Positions 28,188 to 36,212 of a DNA stretch of 64,000 nucleotides are shown here, one piece after another. Positions within the stretch are counted from its first letter, which is position 1. The number at the start of each line of letters is the position of its first letter. A model generated the notes under the pieces. It was not told where the DNA came from, made no database searches, and saw nothing but the letters and a program-made list of their open reading frames with translations. The position numbers were made by a program, and so were the translations under genes. Source of the stretch: a virus. Where the stretch lies: the IMG/VR virus record IMGVR_UViG_3300029876_000390, one strand, 5' to 3'.

Positions 28188-28364
28188 ATGGCTGATTGGA
28201 GAACATGGAAAAAAGGGAGAAAGACAACATGGCACTGGAACGAATTCGATGGAAGCGGAAGCCGGGAAGGAATCATCACCGAGGTTCATGAAGACCATGC
28301 GATTATGGAAGCAGACGGCATGCACCTTTGGATCGACGATGACACGGCAGAGATGTTCAGCTAA
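28188..28364 (+). CDS. Small hypothetical protein (59 aa).
   Basis: RBS AAAGGAGGACAGCAAA before ATG; followed by the perfect hairpin CGGGGAG-ggaaaa-CTCCCCG (28369-28388). Confidence 0.5.
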   Translation: MADWRTWKKGRKTTWHWNEFDGSGSREGIITEVHEDHAIMEADGMHLWIDDDTAEMFS

Positions 28365-28444
28365 GAAAACGGGGAGGGAAAACTCCCCGGATAAACACAT
28401 AAATCCTCCAGATCAGGGGGCAGATGATCGTGTACTTTAGCCGC

Positions 28445-28473
28445 TTGATAGTGTCCGGCAGTGACGGTAATAT
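28445..28473 (+). promoter_or_regulatory. Conserved promoter cassette copy 3, with the upstream GATCGTGTACTTTAGCCGC box.
   Basis: gatcgtgtactttagccgcTTGATAgtgtccggcagtgacggTAATATacagctacc. Confidence 0.55.
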
Positions 28474-28503
28474 ACAGCTACCAAAACGAAAGGGGCAAAG
28501 AAC

Positions 28504-28710
28504 ATGGAACGCTACACTTACGAGATCACCTTTACACGGCTGGATGGACAGCCGGATGAAATCCAGCAGCACACCAGCGAGGAGCTGGCAAGAGAATGCT
28601 TCCGGCCTTTCGATGAGCCGGACAGTGCAGAGATGTACAGCAAAATCGAACTTAGCCGCCACGACTGGGAGGCAGCCACGGATGAGATTCTGGAAACGAT
28701 GACATTCTGA
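28504..28710 (+). CDS. Small hypothetical protein (68 aa).
   Basis: RBS AAAGGGGCAAAGAAC before ATG. Confidence 0.5.
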   Translation: MERYTYEITFTRLDGQPDEIQQHTSEELARECFRPFDEPDSAEMYSKIELSRHDWEAATDEILETMTF

Positions 28711-28725
28711 GAGGAGAACAAAAAC

Positions 28726-28986
28726 ATGACTTACACAAAAATCAACCTTTACCTTGCGAACGGAATCCCAGAGGCACTCAGCAACCTCTGGTACGGAAGC
28801 GACAGCGCGGTGGTCGAGATCAGGGATGCCGTTGAGGATGCGAAGAACGGCAAGGACCTTCTGAACCGCATCCAGAAGATGAAGCTCCTGCGGAAATTCA
28901 CCCTCGACAGGGAGAACGAAAGTCGCATCCGCTTCAAGGGAACGGACTGCTGGGGCAACGTAAGCTACCTCGAAATCATTCGCTAA
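28726..28986 (+). CDS. Small hypothetical protein (86 aa), co-transcribed with the upstream ORF.
   Basis: RBS GAGGAGAACAAAAAC before ATG; followed by the terminator GGCTGG-aaatga-CCAGCC-TTTT (29010-29031). Confidence 0.5.
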   Translation: MTYTKINLYLANGIPEALSNLWYGSDSAVVEIRDAVEDAKNGKDLLNRIQKMKLLRKFTLDRENESRIRFKGTDCWGNVSYLEIIR

Positions 28987-29115
28987 AGGCAAGGCCGACA
29001 GGCGCAAGGGGCTGGAAATGACCAGCCTTTTGCTCGTGTCTGTCTTCCGAAAGCTGGCATGAAAAGCACATAAATATGACAATTACAGGATTGAATGATC
29101 GTGTAGTTTAGCCGC

Positions 29116-29144
29116 TTGATAGTACTCCGGGGTGACGGTAATAT
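29116..29144 (+). promoter_or_regulatory. Conserved promoter cassette copy 4.
   Basis: gatcgtgtagtttagccgcTTGATAgtactccggggtgacggTAATATacagtcaccgaaagggg. Confidence 0.55.
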
Positions 29145-29188
29145 ACAGTCACCGAAAGGGGAAAACAACAAAAACGGAGGATACGACA

Positions 29189-29638
29189 ATGACGAAGAAC
29201 GAAGACCGCATCAATAAACTTTTCAAGGAACTGGTACCGGATACGGGCAAGGCAGACAGCCTCGCAGGGGAGCTGGTAAGGGCAATGAGCCGCATCGGAT
29301 ACCGCTTTTACAACGACGGCGACCAGCTGGGCATCGGCTACGGCAAGGAAACCTGCAACCCTGCAGGGCGGTTCCTTGGAGCCAAGGGCAACGACAAAAT
29401 CGCAAAGCTGACTGCAGATGCCTGGGCAGTCTACAGTGAGGAAGCCTACGAAAAGGTTCTGGACATCCTTTGCGGAGCGGTTGCCGACTATGTTGAGCAG
29501 AACCCAGACCTTAGAAACCAGCCGACCGAAGATATGTGGGACTTCAAGGATGAGGAAGAAGACCAGGATGACAGCTGGGACGAGGAAGAAGATGACTGGG
29601 ACGAAGAGGAAGATTACGAGGACGAAGAAAACTACTAA
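29189..29638 (+). CDS. Hypothetical protein with extremely acidic C-terminal tail (DEEEDQDDSWDEEEDDWDEEEDYEDEENY); candidate DNA-mimic / anti-restriction protein.
   Basis: RBS AAAACGGAGGATACGACA before ATG; 150 aa; the last 30 residues are about 80% Asp/Glu. Confidence 0.55.
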   Translation: MTKNEDRINKLFKELVPDTGKADSLAGELVRAMSRIGYRFYNDGDQLGIGYGKETCNPAGRFLGAKGNDKIAKLTADAWAVYSEEAYEKVLDILCGAVADYVEQNPDLRNQPTEDMWDFKDEEEDQDDSWDEEEDDWDEEEDYEDEENY

Positions 29639-29734
29639 GCCAGAGAAACAAATGGGGCTTGCCGGAAACGGCGGCCCTTTTCTTCTGCTGTAATACGCAC
29701 AGTTCCGGGTGGCTATCTTTGTGTAGTATAGCCG

Positions 29735-29763
29735 CTTGATAGTGTGTGACATAGACGGTAATA
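29735..29763 (+). promoter_or_regulatory. Conserved promoter cassette copy 5.
   Basis: gtgtagtatagccgcTTGATAgtgtgtgacatagacggTAATATgcacataccgaaacgg. Confidence 0.55.
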
Positions 29764-29808
29764 TGCACATACCGAAACGGAAAACCAAGAAAAACGGAGG
29801 AAACCACC

Positions 29809-30000
29809 ATGAAGAAGAACATTACCAAGGAAGAAGAAAAATCCCTGCTGGAGATCGCCAAGCGCCTGATGGCAGCGGTAGACAGTCGGGGCGACCTCGA
29901 AGCCCGCGACAATGACAGCGAGGACTTCATTGAGGTTCCGGTCTGGGGCATCCAGAAAGCAATGGAGGAAGCCTACCTGCTGGGACGGATGAACAGATAA
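29809..30000 (+). CDS. Small hypothetical protein (63 aa).
   Basis: RBS AAAACGGAGGAAACCACC before ATG. Confidence 0.5.
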   Translation: MKKNITKEEEKSLLEIAKRLMAAVDSRGDLEARDNDSEDFIEVPVWGIQKAMEEAYLLGRMNR

Positions 30001-30123
30001 ACCGACAGCCCCCGACACAGCCCCACACAGGGGCTTGTGCCACGGGTGGCAAAACAATCCGAAGGAACCGACAACGCCCCAGACAGGGGCAGATGTGGCG
30101 GCGTGGAGGAAGGGAAAGCACAC

Positions 30124-30330
30124 ATGGAAGAACGGATGATGGATGTCATCGTGGAAATCTACAACCACATGGATGACAGCGATAAGGATGCCTTCACGCT
30201 GGAGGCTGCCGAGGATATGGTGGAAGACCAGATCAGGATGGACAAGGAAGCTGGACGGGAACCGCTGGCATATGACCCGCAGTTCTTCTACGATACCATT
30301 GTGGAACTCATGAAGCAGGACGCAGAGTGA
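30124..30330 (+). CDS. Small acidic hypothetical protein (68 aa).
   Basis: Preceded by hairpins GCCCC-acaca-GGGGC and GCCCC-agaca-GGGGC; start ATG 30124 after GGAGGAAGGGAAAG. Confidence 0.4.
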   Translation: MEERMMDVIVEIYNHMDDSDKDAFTLEAAEDMVEDQIRMDKEAGREPLAYDPQFFYDTIVELMKQDAE

Positions 30331-30379
30331 CGTACATTCTGCCTGGTATTCCGGGCAGAAGATCGTGTACTTTAGCCGC

Positions 30380-30408
30380 TTGCTATCCTTTGCACCTGAC
30401 GGTAATAT
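30380..30408 (+). promoter_or_regulatory. Conserved promoter cassette copy 6.
   Basis: gatcgtgtactttagccgcTTGCTAtcctttgcacctgacggTAATATgcacataccgaaaggg (the spacer is identical to copy 1). Confidence 0.55.
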
Positions 30409-30465
30409 GCACATACCGAAAGGGGGAGGCCCCAAGGGAAAAACGAAAACACGGAGGATTTTATC

Positions 30466-30750
30466 ATGAAAAAGCATTTGATCGACTTTCCAGAAAACAA
30501 CATCAGCATAGAGAGTTTCTACGACCGACTCAGACCTTGCTACGACAGCATCATGCAGTTCGGTGACCGGGTTTTGGTTGCCCAGATGAACTGGAATGGC
30601 ATGCTGGAGGGAGCGGTATACGGATTTGTCGAAGACCCAGAGGAAGGCTGGTCACCGATTGAGTGCCGACTGGAGCTTCTGAAGATTTCCGATGAGACCT
30701 ACACGGATGCCGGTCACGCGATCGAGTGGTGCATCAAGAACGCATACTGA
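30466..30750 (+). CDS. Small hypothetical protein (94 aa).
   Basis: RBS AACACGGAGGATTTTATC before ATG. Confidence 0.5.
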   Translation: MKKHLIDFPENNISIESFYDRLRPCYDSIMQFGDRVLVAQMNWNGMLEGAVYGFVEDPEEGWSPIECRLELLKISDETYTDAGHAIEWCIKNAY

Positions 30751-30861
30751 AAAGGGCAGAGCTCCTTCGGGGGCTTTTGCTCGTAGTGGCGGATTTCTCC
30801 GGCGTGTAAATACACATAAATCCGACAAAAAGAGGTGTGTATGATCGTGCAGCATAGCCGC

Positions 30862-30890
30862 TTGCTATGTCCGGGCGGTGACGGTAATAT
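30862..30890 (+). promoter_or_regulatory. Conserved promoter cassette copy 7.
   Basis: gatcgtgcagcatagccgcTTGCTAtgtccgggcggtgacggTAATATacagtcac. Confidence 0.55.
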
Positions 30891-30948
30891 ACAGTCACAA
30901 CGAAGGGAAAAGCCCTACGGAAAACAAAACACACGGAGGATACAGAAC

Positions 30949-31326
30949 ATGACGAACAAAGCAAAAACCTACCTCAAGAACATTCAGGAAGCCGACACCG
31001 AGAAGAAGCTGATTGGCATCGAGATCGCCTTCAAGCAGGACATGACCCTCAGCTGCAACGACCTCGGAAGCCTTTGCAGGGCGGCAGAAGACAAGCGGTA
31101 CAGCCTGCGGAACAACGAGGAAACGCTGAAGCTGAAGCAGATCCTTTTCTTCCGGACGAAAGCGGAGATGGATGCCTACCACGACATGAGCCGCAAGCCG
31201 GAAGACTGGACAGAAGCGGAGATCGAGCAGCAGAGAAGCCGCTTCTGCAGCGTCTGGCAGGTCATCGAGGAAGCGGAGCTGGTCGATGAGTACGAGGCTT
31301 GGAAGGAAGCCAACCCCAACGCATAA
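30949..31326 (+). CDS. Small hypothetical protein (125 aa).
   Basis: RBS ACACGGAGGATACAGAAC before ATG; followed by the GCCCC-gaaaa-GGGGC hairpin (about 31348-31365). Confidence 0.5.
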   Translation: MTNKAKTYLKNIQEADTEKKLIGIEIAFKQDMTLSCNDLGSLCRAAEDKRYSLRNNEETLKLKQILFFRTKAEMDAYHDMSRKPEDWTEAEIEQQRSRFCSVWQVIEEAELVDEYEAWKEANPNA

Positions 31327-31517
31327 CAGCACCCAAAAGGTACACGCCCCGAAAAGGGGCTGTGCCTCGTATCCGATGTGTTTTATATAAAGTTGTCAAA
31401 ATGGGAAACTATTTACTATTCATACGAAAAAGTTTCCCGTTTGGGAAAATGATATTTTAAGGACTTCTTTGGAGGTCCTTTTTCTTTACCCATTTTTGCA
31501 GAAAGGAGGAGATGCCA

Positions 31518-31997
31518 ATGGCTACCAGAGGCAGAAAACCAAAGCCGACCGCCATGAAGGAGCTGGAAGGCAATCCGGGCAAGCATCCGCTGAACACCAG
31601 CGAACCGAAGCCTAACAAGAAAGCACCGGCCTGTCCGAAGTGGCTGGAGCCGGAAGCAAAGAAAGAGTGGCGCAGACTTGCAAAACAGATGGAAGCCATC
31701 GGCATCCTGACCGAAGTGGATATGGCGGCCTTTGCCGGTTACTGTCAGGCATATGCCCGATGGAAGGAGGCAGAGGAGTTCATCACCCAGCACGGCACCA
31801 TTGTCAAGACCCCGTCCGGCTACTGGCAGCAGGTGCCGCAGGTGTCCATCGCACAGACCTATCTGAAGATTATGAACAAGTTCGCAGAGCAGTTCGGCCT
31901 GACCCCGTCCTCCCGAAGCCGCATCATTGCTTCGGACGGCGGTCCTGCGGATGCTACCGATGAGATGGAAAATCTGCTGGGAGGAGGTGGAAGCTGA
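31518..31997 (+). CDS. terS: Terminase small subunit, P27 family.
   Basis: KELEGNPGKHPLN motif and Lys/Arg-rich N-terminus typical of P27-family terS; RBS AAAGGAGG 8 nt before ATG 31518. Confidence 0.8.
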   Translation: MATRGRKPKPTAMKELEGNPGKHPLNTSEPKPNKKAPACPKWLEPEAKKEWRRLAKQMEAIGILTEVDMAAFAGYCQAYARWKEAEEFITQHGTIVKTPSGYWQQVPQVSIAQTYLKIMNKFAEQFGLTPSSRSRIIASDGGPADATDEMENLLGGGGS

Positions 31998-33622
31998 TGG
32001 CAGAGTGCAGACCGAAAAACTATCCGAAACTGAAGGACTATAAACCAAGTCGGTTCATGCTTCCCAGCTGCCATTACGATGCCGCAAAAGCAGATCGGGC
32101 AGTAACCTTTATTGAGAACCTCCGACACACCAAAGGTAAGTGGGCAGGAAAGCGGTTCTGGCTGCTTCCGTGGCAGGAGCAGATCATCCGGGATGTGTTC
32201 GGCATCGTGGACGAAAAAGGGAACCGTCAGTTTCGCACGGCTTATGTCGAAATCGGCAAGAAAAACGGAAAATCCGAGCTTGCCGCTGCGGTGGCCTTGT
32301 ATCTGCTTTTTGCCGATAATGAGCCGTCTGCTGAAGTCTATGGTGCTGCCGCTGACCGCCAGCAGGCATCCATCGTTTTTGATGTTGCCCATCAGATGGT
32401 GCAGATGACCCCGGCACTTTTGAAACGGTGCAAGATCATGGCAGCCACCAAGCGAATCGTGAACTACGGAAACGCAGGATTCTATCAGGTTTTGTCTGCA
32501 GAAGTCGGTACGAAGCACGGCTTGAACGTGTCTGGTCTTGTTCTGGATGAGGTTCATGCCCAGCCAAACCGAAAACTCTACGATGTCCTTACCAAAGGTT
32601 CCGGTGATGCCCGTGAACAGCCTCTGTTCTTTTTAATCACCACGGCCGGCACGGACAAGGAGAGCATCTGTTACGAGCTCCACATGAAGGCACTTGACCT
32701 GTTGGCCGGACGTAAGATCGACCACACCTTCTACCCCGTGGTTTATGGACTGACAGATGAAGATGACTGGCACGATGAAGCCAACTGGTATAAAGCCAAT
32801 CCCTCTCTCGGCCAGACCATCCAGATCCAGCGTGTCCGGGATGCGTACCAGGAAGCACTTGATAACCCGGCAGAGGAGAATGTGTTCAAGCAGCTCCGTC
32901 TGAATATGTGGGTGTCCTCGTTGACCCGGTTCATACCGGAACACATCTACAACCTCGGCAACCAGCCTATCGACCTTGAAGCCCTCAAGGGCCGTGACTG
33001 TTATGGAGGACTCGACTTGTCCAGCACCGGAGACATCACGGCTTTTGTGCTGATGTTCCCGCCCAGAGTTCCAGAGGAAAAATACATCATGCTTCCGTTC
33101 TTCTGGATACCGGAGGATACGATTCCCCAGCGTGTGCGCAGGGCATCCGTTCCGTATGATGTCTGGTATCAGCAGGGCTACCTGATGGCGACCGAGGGCA
33201 ATGTCATCCATTACGGTTTCATTGAGAAGGTCATCGAGGAGCTGGGCAAGACTTATCACATTTTGGAGATTGCCTTTGACCGATGGGGAGCGGTGCAGAT
33301 GACCCAGAACCTTGAGGGGATGGGATTCACAGTTGTGCCTTTCGGTCAGGGCTTTAAAGATATGAGCCCGCCTACCAAGGAGTTCTACAAGCTCCTGATG
33401 GAAGGCAGGATCATCCACGGCGGTAATCCGGTCATGGCATGGATGGCGGGGAATGTGGTCGTGGATACCGACCCAGCTGGCAACATCAAGCCGACCAAGG
33501 CGAAGTCGCCGGAGAAGATCGATGGTATCGTCGCTGCGATCATGGCACTGGACCGCTGTATCCGAAATGAAGGTCAGCAGCAGGGAAGCGTCTACGACGA
33601 ACGTGACATGATTGTTTTTTGA
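31997..33622 (+). CDS. terL: Terminase large subunit (Terminase_1-like ATPase + nuclease).
   Basis: Walker A VEIGKKNGKSELAAAV, Walker B LVLDEVH, C-terminal nuclease region with DGIVAAIMAL. Confidence 0.9.
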   Translation: MAECRPKNYPKLKDYKPSRFMLPSCHYDAAKADRAVTFIENLRHTKGKWAGKRFWLLPWQEQIIRDVFGIVDEKGNRQFRTAYVEIGKKNGKSELAAAVALYLLFADNEPSAEVYGAAADRQQASIVFDVAHQMVQMTPALLKRCKIMAATKRIVNYGNAGFYQVLSAEVGTKHGLNVSGLVLDEVHAQPNRKLYDVLTKGSGDAREQPLFFLITTAGTDKESICYELHMKALDLLAGRKIDHTFYPVVYGLTDEDDWHDEANWYKANPSLGQTIQIQRVRDAYQEALDNPAEENVFKQLRLNMWVSSLTRFIPEHIYNLGNQPIDLEALKGRDCYGGLDLSSTGDITAFVLMFPPRVPEEKYIMLPFFWIPEDTIPQRVRRASVPYDVWYQQGYLMATEGNVIHYGFIEKVIEELGKTYHILEIAFDRWGAVQMTQNLEGMGFTVVPFGQGFKDMSPPTKEFYKLLMEGRIIHGGNPVMAWMAGNVVVDTDPAGNIKPTKAKSPEKIDGIVAAIMALDRCIRNEGQQQGSVYDERDMIVF

Positions 33623-33646
33623 TATGAAGATTTGGAGGAAAAAGCT

Positions 33647-33862
33647 ATGAAGTATCTGATGAGTGCAGAATGGTGGAAGGCAGCCGGCATCCGCGCTGCA
33701 AAGACGATGTTCCAGACCGGCGCGGCTCTGGTCGTGACACAGATGCCCGGCGGCACTGTGGACTGGACGGCGGTCGGCAGTGCAGTGATCGTGGCGGGTG
33801 TTGCGTCCCTCGGTACCAGCCTTGCCGGTCTGCCGGAACTGGAGAAAGGGGATAAGGCCTAA
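33647..33862 (+). CDS. Small hydrophobic / membrane protein (holin-like or packaging-associated).
   Basis: RBS GGAGG 8 nt before ATG 33647; 71 aa with hydrophobic segments AALVVTQMPGG and VIVAGVASLGTSLAGL. Confidence 0.45.
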   Translation: MKYLMSAEWWKAAGIRAAKTMFQTGAALVVTQMPGGTVDWTAVGSAVIVAGVASLGTSLAGLPELEKGDKA

Positions 33863-35259
33863 TGGGATTCTGGGAATGGATGGGGTTTGAGAACCCAAGG
33901 GATTCTCCCAAAACAGAACAGCCAAAAGAAGGTCTGCCGCAGGTCACGGATAACGTCCGAGATTCCGGGCAGACCTTTGTGTTTGGCCGCTCCAATGCCG
34001 GGGAGCAGGTGGATGAGAAAGCCGCCATGCAGATCCCGACTGTGTATGCCTGTGTCCGTCTGCTGGCGGAGTCCATTGCGGCACTGCCGCTGCATCTGTA
34101 CCGGGTGACAGACGATAACGGCAACAAGGAAAAGGCGCGGGATCATCCGTTGTACAAGATTCTGTATCGCCAGCCCAACCCAGAGATGACATCCTTTGTC
34201 TTTTGGGAAACGCTGATGACTCACTTGCTTCTCTGGGGCAACGCCTACGCACAGATCGTCCGGGATGGCAAGAACACGGTGCTGGGGCTGTATCCGCTTT
34301 TGCCGGAAAATGTCGAAGTCGACCGGGATGAGAGCGGTGAGCTCTATTATATCTACCACGCATACACGGATGAAGTTCCGGGAGAGCAGAATAAAGACCT
34401 CTACTTCCGCCGGGACGAGATCTTCCATGTGCCGGGTCTGGGTTTCAATGGTCTGATCGGTTTTTCACCGATCGCCATGATGAAGAACAGCCTCGGCACT
34501 TCCATTGCGGTGGACAAGTATGGCTCGTCCTTCTTCAAGAATGGTGCACAGCCCAGTGGTGTACTGGAACACCCCGGTGTTTTAAAAGACCCGAATCGTG
34601 TCCGGGATAACTGGGAGGCAGCATATGGCGGTGCAGCCAATGCCCATCGCGTGGCTGTGCTGGAAGAGGGCATGGCCTACAAACCGATCTCTCTGCCACC
34701 GGAGGACAGTCAGTTCCTTGAAACGAAACAGTTTTCTGTGACGGAGATCTGCCGTATTTTCCGTGTGCCTCCGCATCTGGTAGCTGATCTGTCCAGAGCT
34801 ACCTTTTCTAACATTGAATACCAGTCGCTGAACTTTGTGATGCACTCCCTGACCCCGTGGCTTGTCCGCATCGAGCAGGGCATCATCAAGGATCTGCTGC
34901 TGGAAGAGGAGCAGGATACCTACTTCCCAAAATTCAATGTGGACGGTCTGCTCCGTGGCGACTACCAGAGCCGGATGAACGGTTACGCGACCGGCATCAG
35001 CAACGGCTTCCTCTCTCCGAATGATGTGCATCGTCTGGAGAACATGGATCTCATCCCGGCAGAGGAGGGCGGAGATGACTACTATCTGAACGGCGGCTAT
35101 GTGAAGCTGAAAGATGCAGGGGTGGCACAGCAAAATAAAGCTGCCGCAGTCCAGCAGAATCAGCCGAAACAGACACAGCCCGAAACGGAAGAAGAACCTG
35201 ACAGCGATAACCGGCTGAGTGAGAGTAAGCCAAAGAAACGAGAAAGGAGAACCCGATGA
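33862..35259 (+). CDS. Portal protein, HK97 family.
   Basis: Position after terL and before the prohead protease; length 465 aa; C-terminal acidic/basic tail; conserved portal core segments such as GNAYAQIVRDG and LPPEDSQFLETKQF. Confidence 0.8.
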   Translation: MGFWEWMGFENPRDSPKTEQPKEGLPQVTDNVRDSGQTFVFGRSNAGEQVDEKAAMQIPTVYACVRLLAESIAALPLHLYRVTDDNGNKEKARDHPLYKILYRQPNPEMTSFVFWETLMTHLLLWGNAYAQIVRDGKNTVLGLYPLLPENVEVDRDESGELYYIYHAYTDEVPGEQNKDLYFRRDEIFHVPGLGFNGLIGFSPIAMMKNSLGTSIAVDKYGSSFFKNGAQPSGVLEHPGVLKDPNRVRDNWEAAYGGAANAHRVAVLEEGMAYKPISLPPEDSQFLETKQFSVTEICRIFRVPPHLVADLSRATFSNIEYQSLNFVMHSLTPWLVRIEQGIIKDLLLEEEQDTYFPKFNVDGLLRGDYQSRMNGYATGISNGFLSPNDVHRLENMDLIPAEEGGDDYYLNGGYVKLKDAGVAQQNKAAAVQQNQPKQTQPETEEEPDSDNRLSESKPKKRERRTR

Positions 35260-36155
35260 AGAAATTCTGGAACTGGATCAAAAACAGTGACGATACCAGA
35301 ATCCTCCGGCTGGAAGGCCCCATCGATGAGGAATCATTCTGGGGCGATGAGATCACGCCGCAGATGTTCCGGGATGAGCTGGAATCCGGCGAAGGGGATG
35401 TGACCGTCTGGATCAACTCTCCGGGCGGAAATGTGTTCGCCGCTGCCGAGATCTATACCATGCTTAAGGACTACAAGGGCAGCATCACGGTCAAGATCGA
35501 TGCGATTGCGGCATCGGCGGCATCTGTTGTGGCAATGGCCGGTGATACTGTCCAGATGAGCCCTGTTGCCATGCTGATGATCCATGACCCCAGCACGGTT
35601 GCGATGGGCAACACCAAGGACATGGAGAAAGCCATTGAGGTGCTGACCGAAGTCAAGGAGAGCATCATCAATGCCTATGCTGCAAAGAGCGGACTCAGCC
35701 ACGCCCGTATTGCCAACCTCATGAGCAATGAGACTTGGATGAATGCGAAGAAGGCTGTGGAGCTGGGCTTCGCAGACGAGATCCTCTTTGCAAAGAAAGA
35801 GGAGGAGCCGGACAGTGACCCGGCAGACCCGGAGAATCCGGAAGAAGACCCTGACAGTGAACCGGGCGAGGGCGAAGAAAAGAAGCCGTTCCAGAAGGAT
35901 ACGGCAGGGCACCTTTTCTCCAGCCGTCAGATGGATCTAATCGTCCTGAACCGTCTGGGGGTGAAGCCGGAAGACGTAGGTCAGAAGCACACTGAGCCGA
36001 AGGAGCCGCCTGCTGACCCGAAACCGTCCGCAGAGCCGACACCTCCGGCCGAACCACCTGCCAATTCAGGCCCTGTCCTTGATCTGGACGGCAAGACCGA
36101 GGATGGCAGCATCCCCTACAATATCCTGATGAAACAGCTTGAGTGCATGAAGTGA
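35256..36155 (+). CDS. Prohead (head maturation) protease, ClpP-like S14 / HK97 family.
   Basis: VWINSPGGNVFAAAEIYTMLKDYKGSITVKIDAIAASAASVVAMAGD matches the ClpP-fold serine protease motif (GG...G...A.SAAS). Confidence 0.85.
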   Translation: MKKFWNWIKNSDDTRILRLEGPIDEESFWGDEITPQMFRDELESGEGDVTVWINSPGGNVFAAAEIYTMLKDYKGSITVKIDAIAASAASVVAMAGDTVQMSPVAMLMIHDPSTVAMGNTKDMEKAIEVLTEVKESIINAYAAKSGLSHARIANLMSNETWMNAKKAVELGFADEILFAKKEEEPDSDPADPENPEEDPDSEPGEGEEKKPFQKDTAGHLFSSRQMDLIVLNRLGVKPEDVGQKHTEPKEPPADPKPSAEPTPPAEPPANSGPVLDLDGKTEDGSIPYNILMKQLECMK

Positions 36156-36212
36156 TGTGCATTCAGGCTGTTTTTTATATCACCACAAATCAATCTATGG
36201 AGGACAAACACT

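Noticed and set aside
23990-30890. The seven conserved about 60-nt elements, considered as a CRISPR-like or MITE-like repeat array.
   Set aside because: Spacing is irregular (300-4000 nt), each copy contains canonical -35/-10 boxes, and each is followed by an RBS and ORF, so they are promoter cassettes rather than CRISPR repeats or transposon ends.
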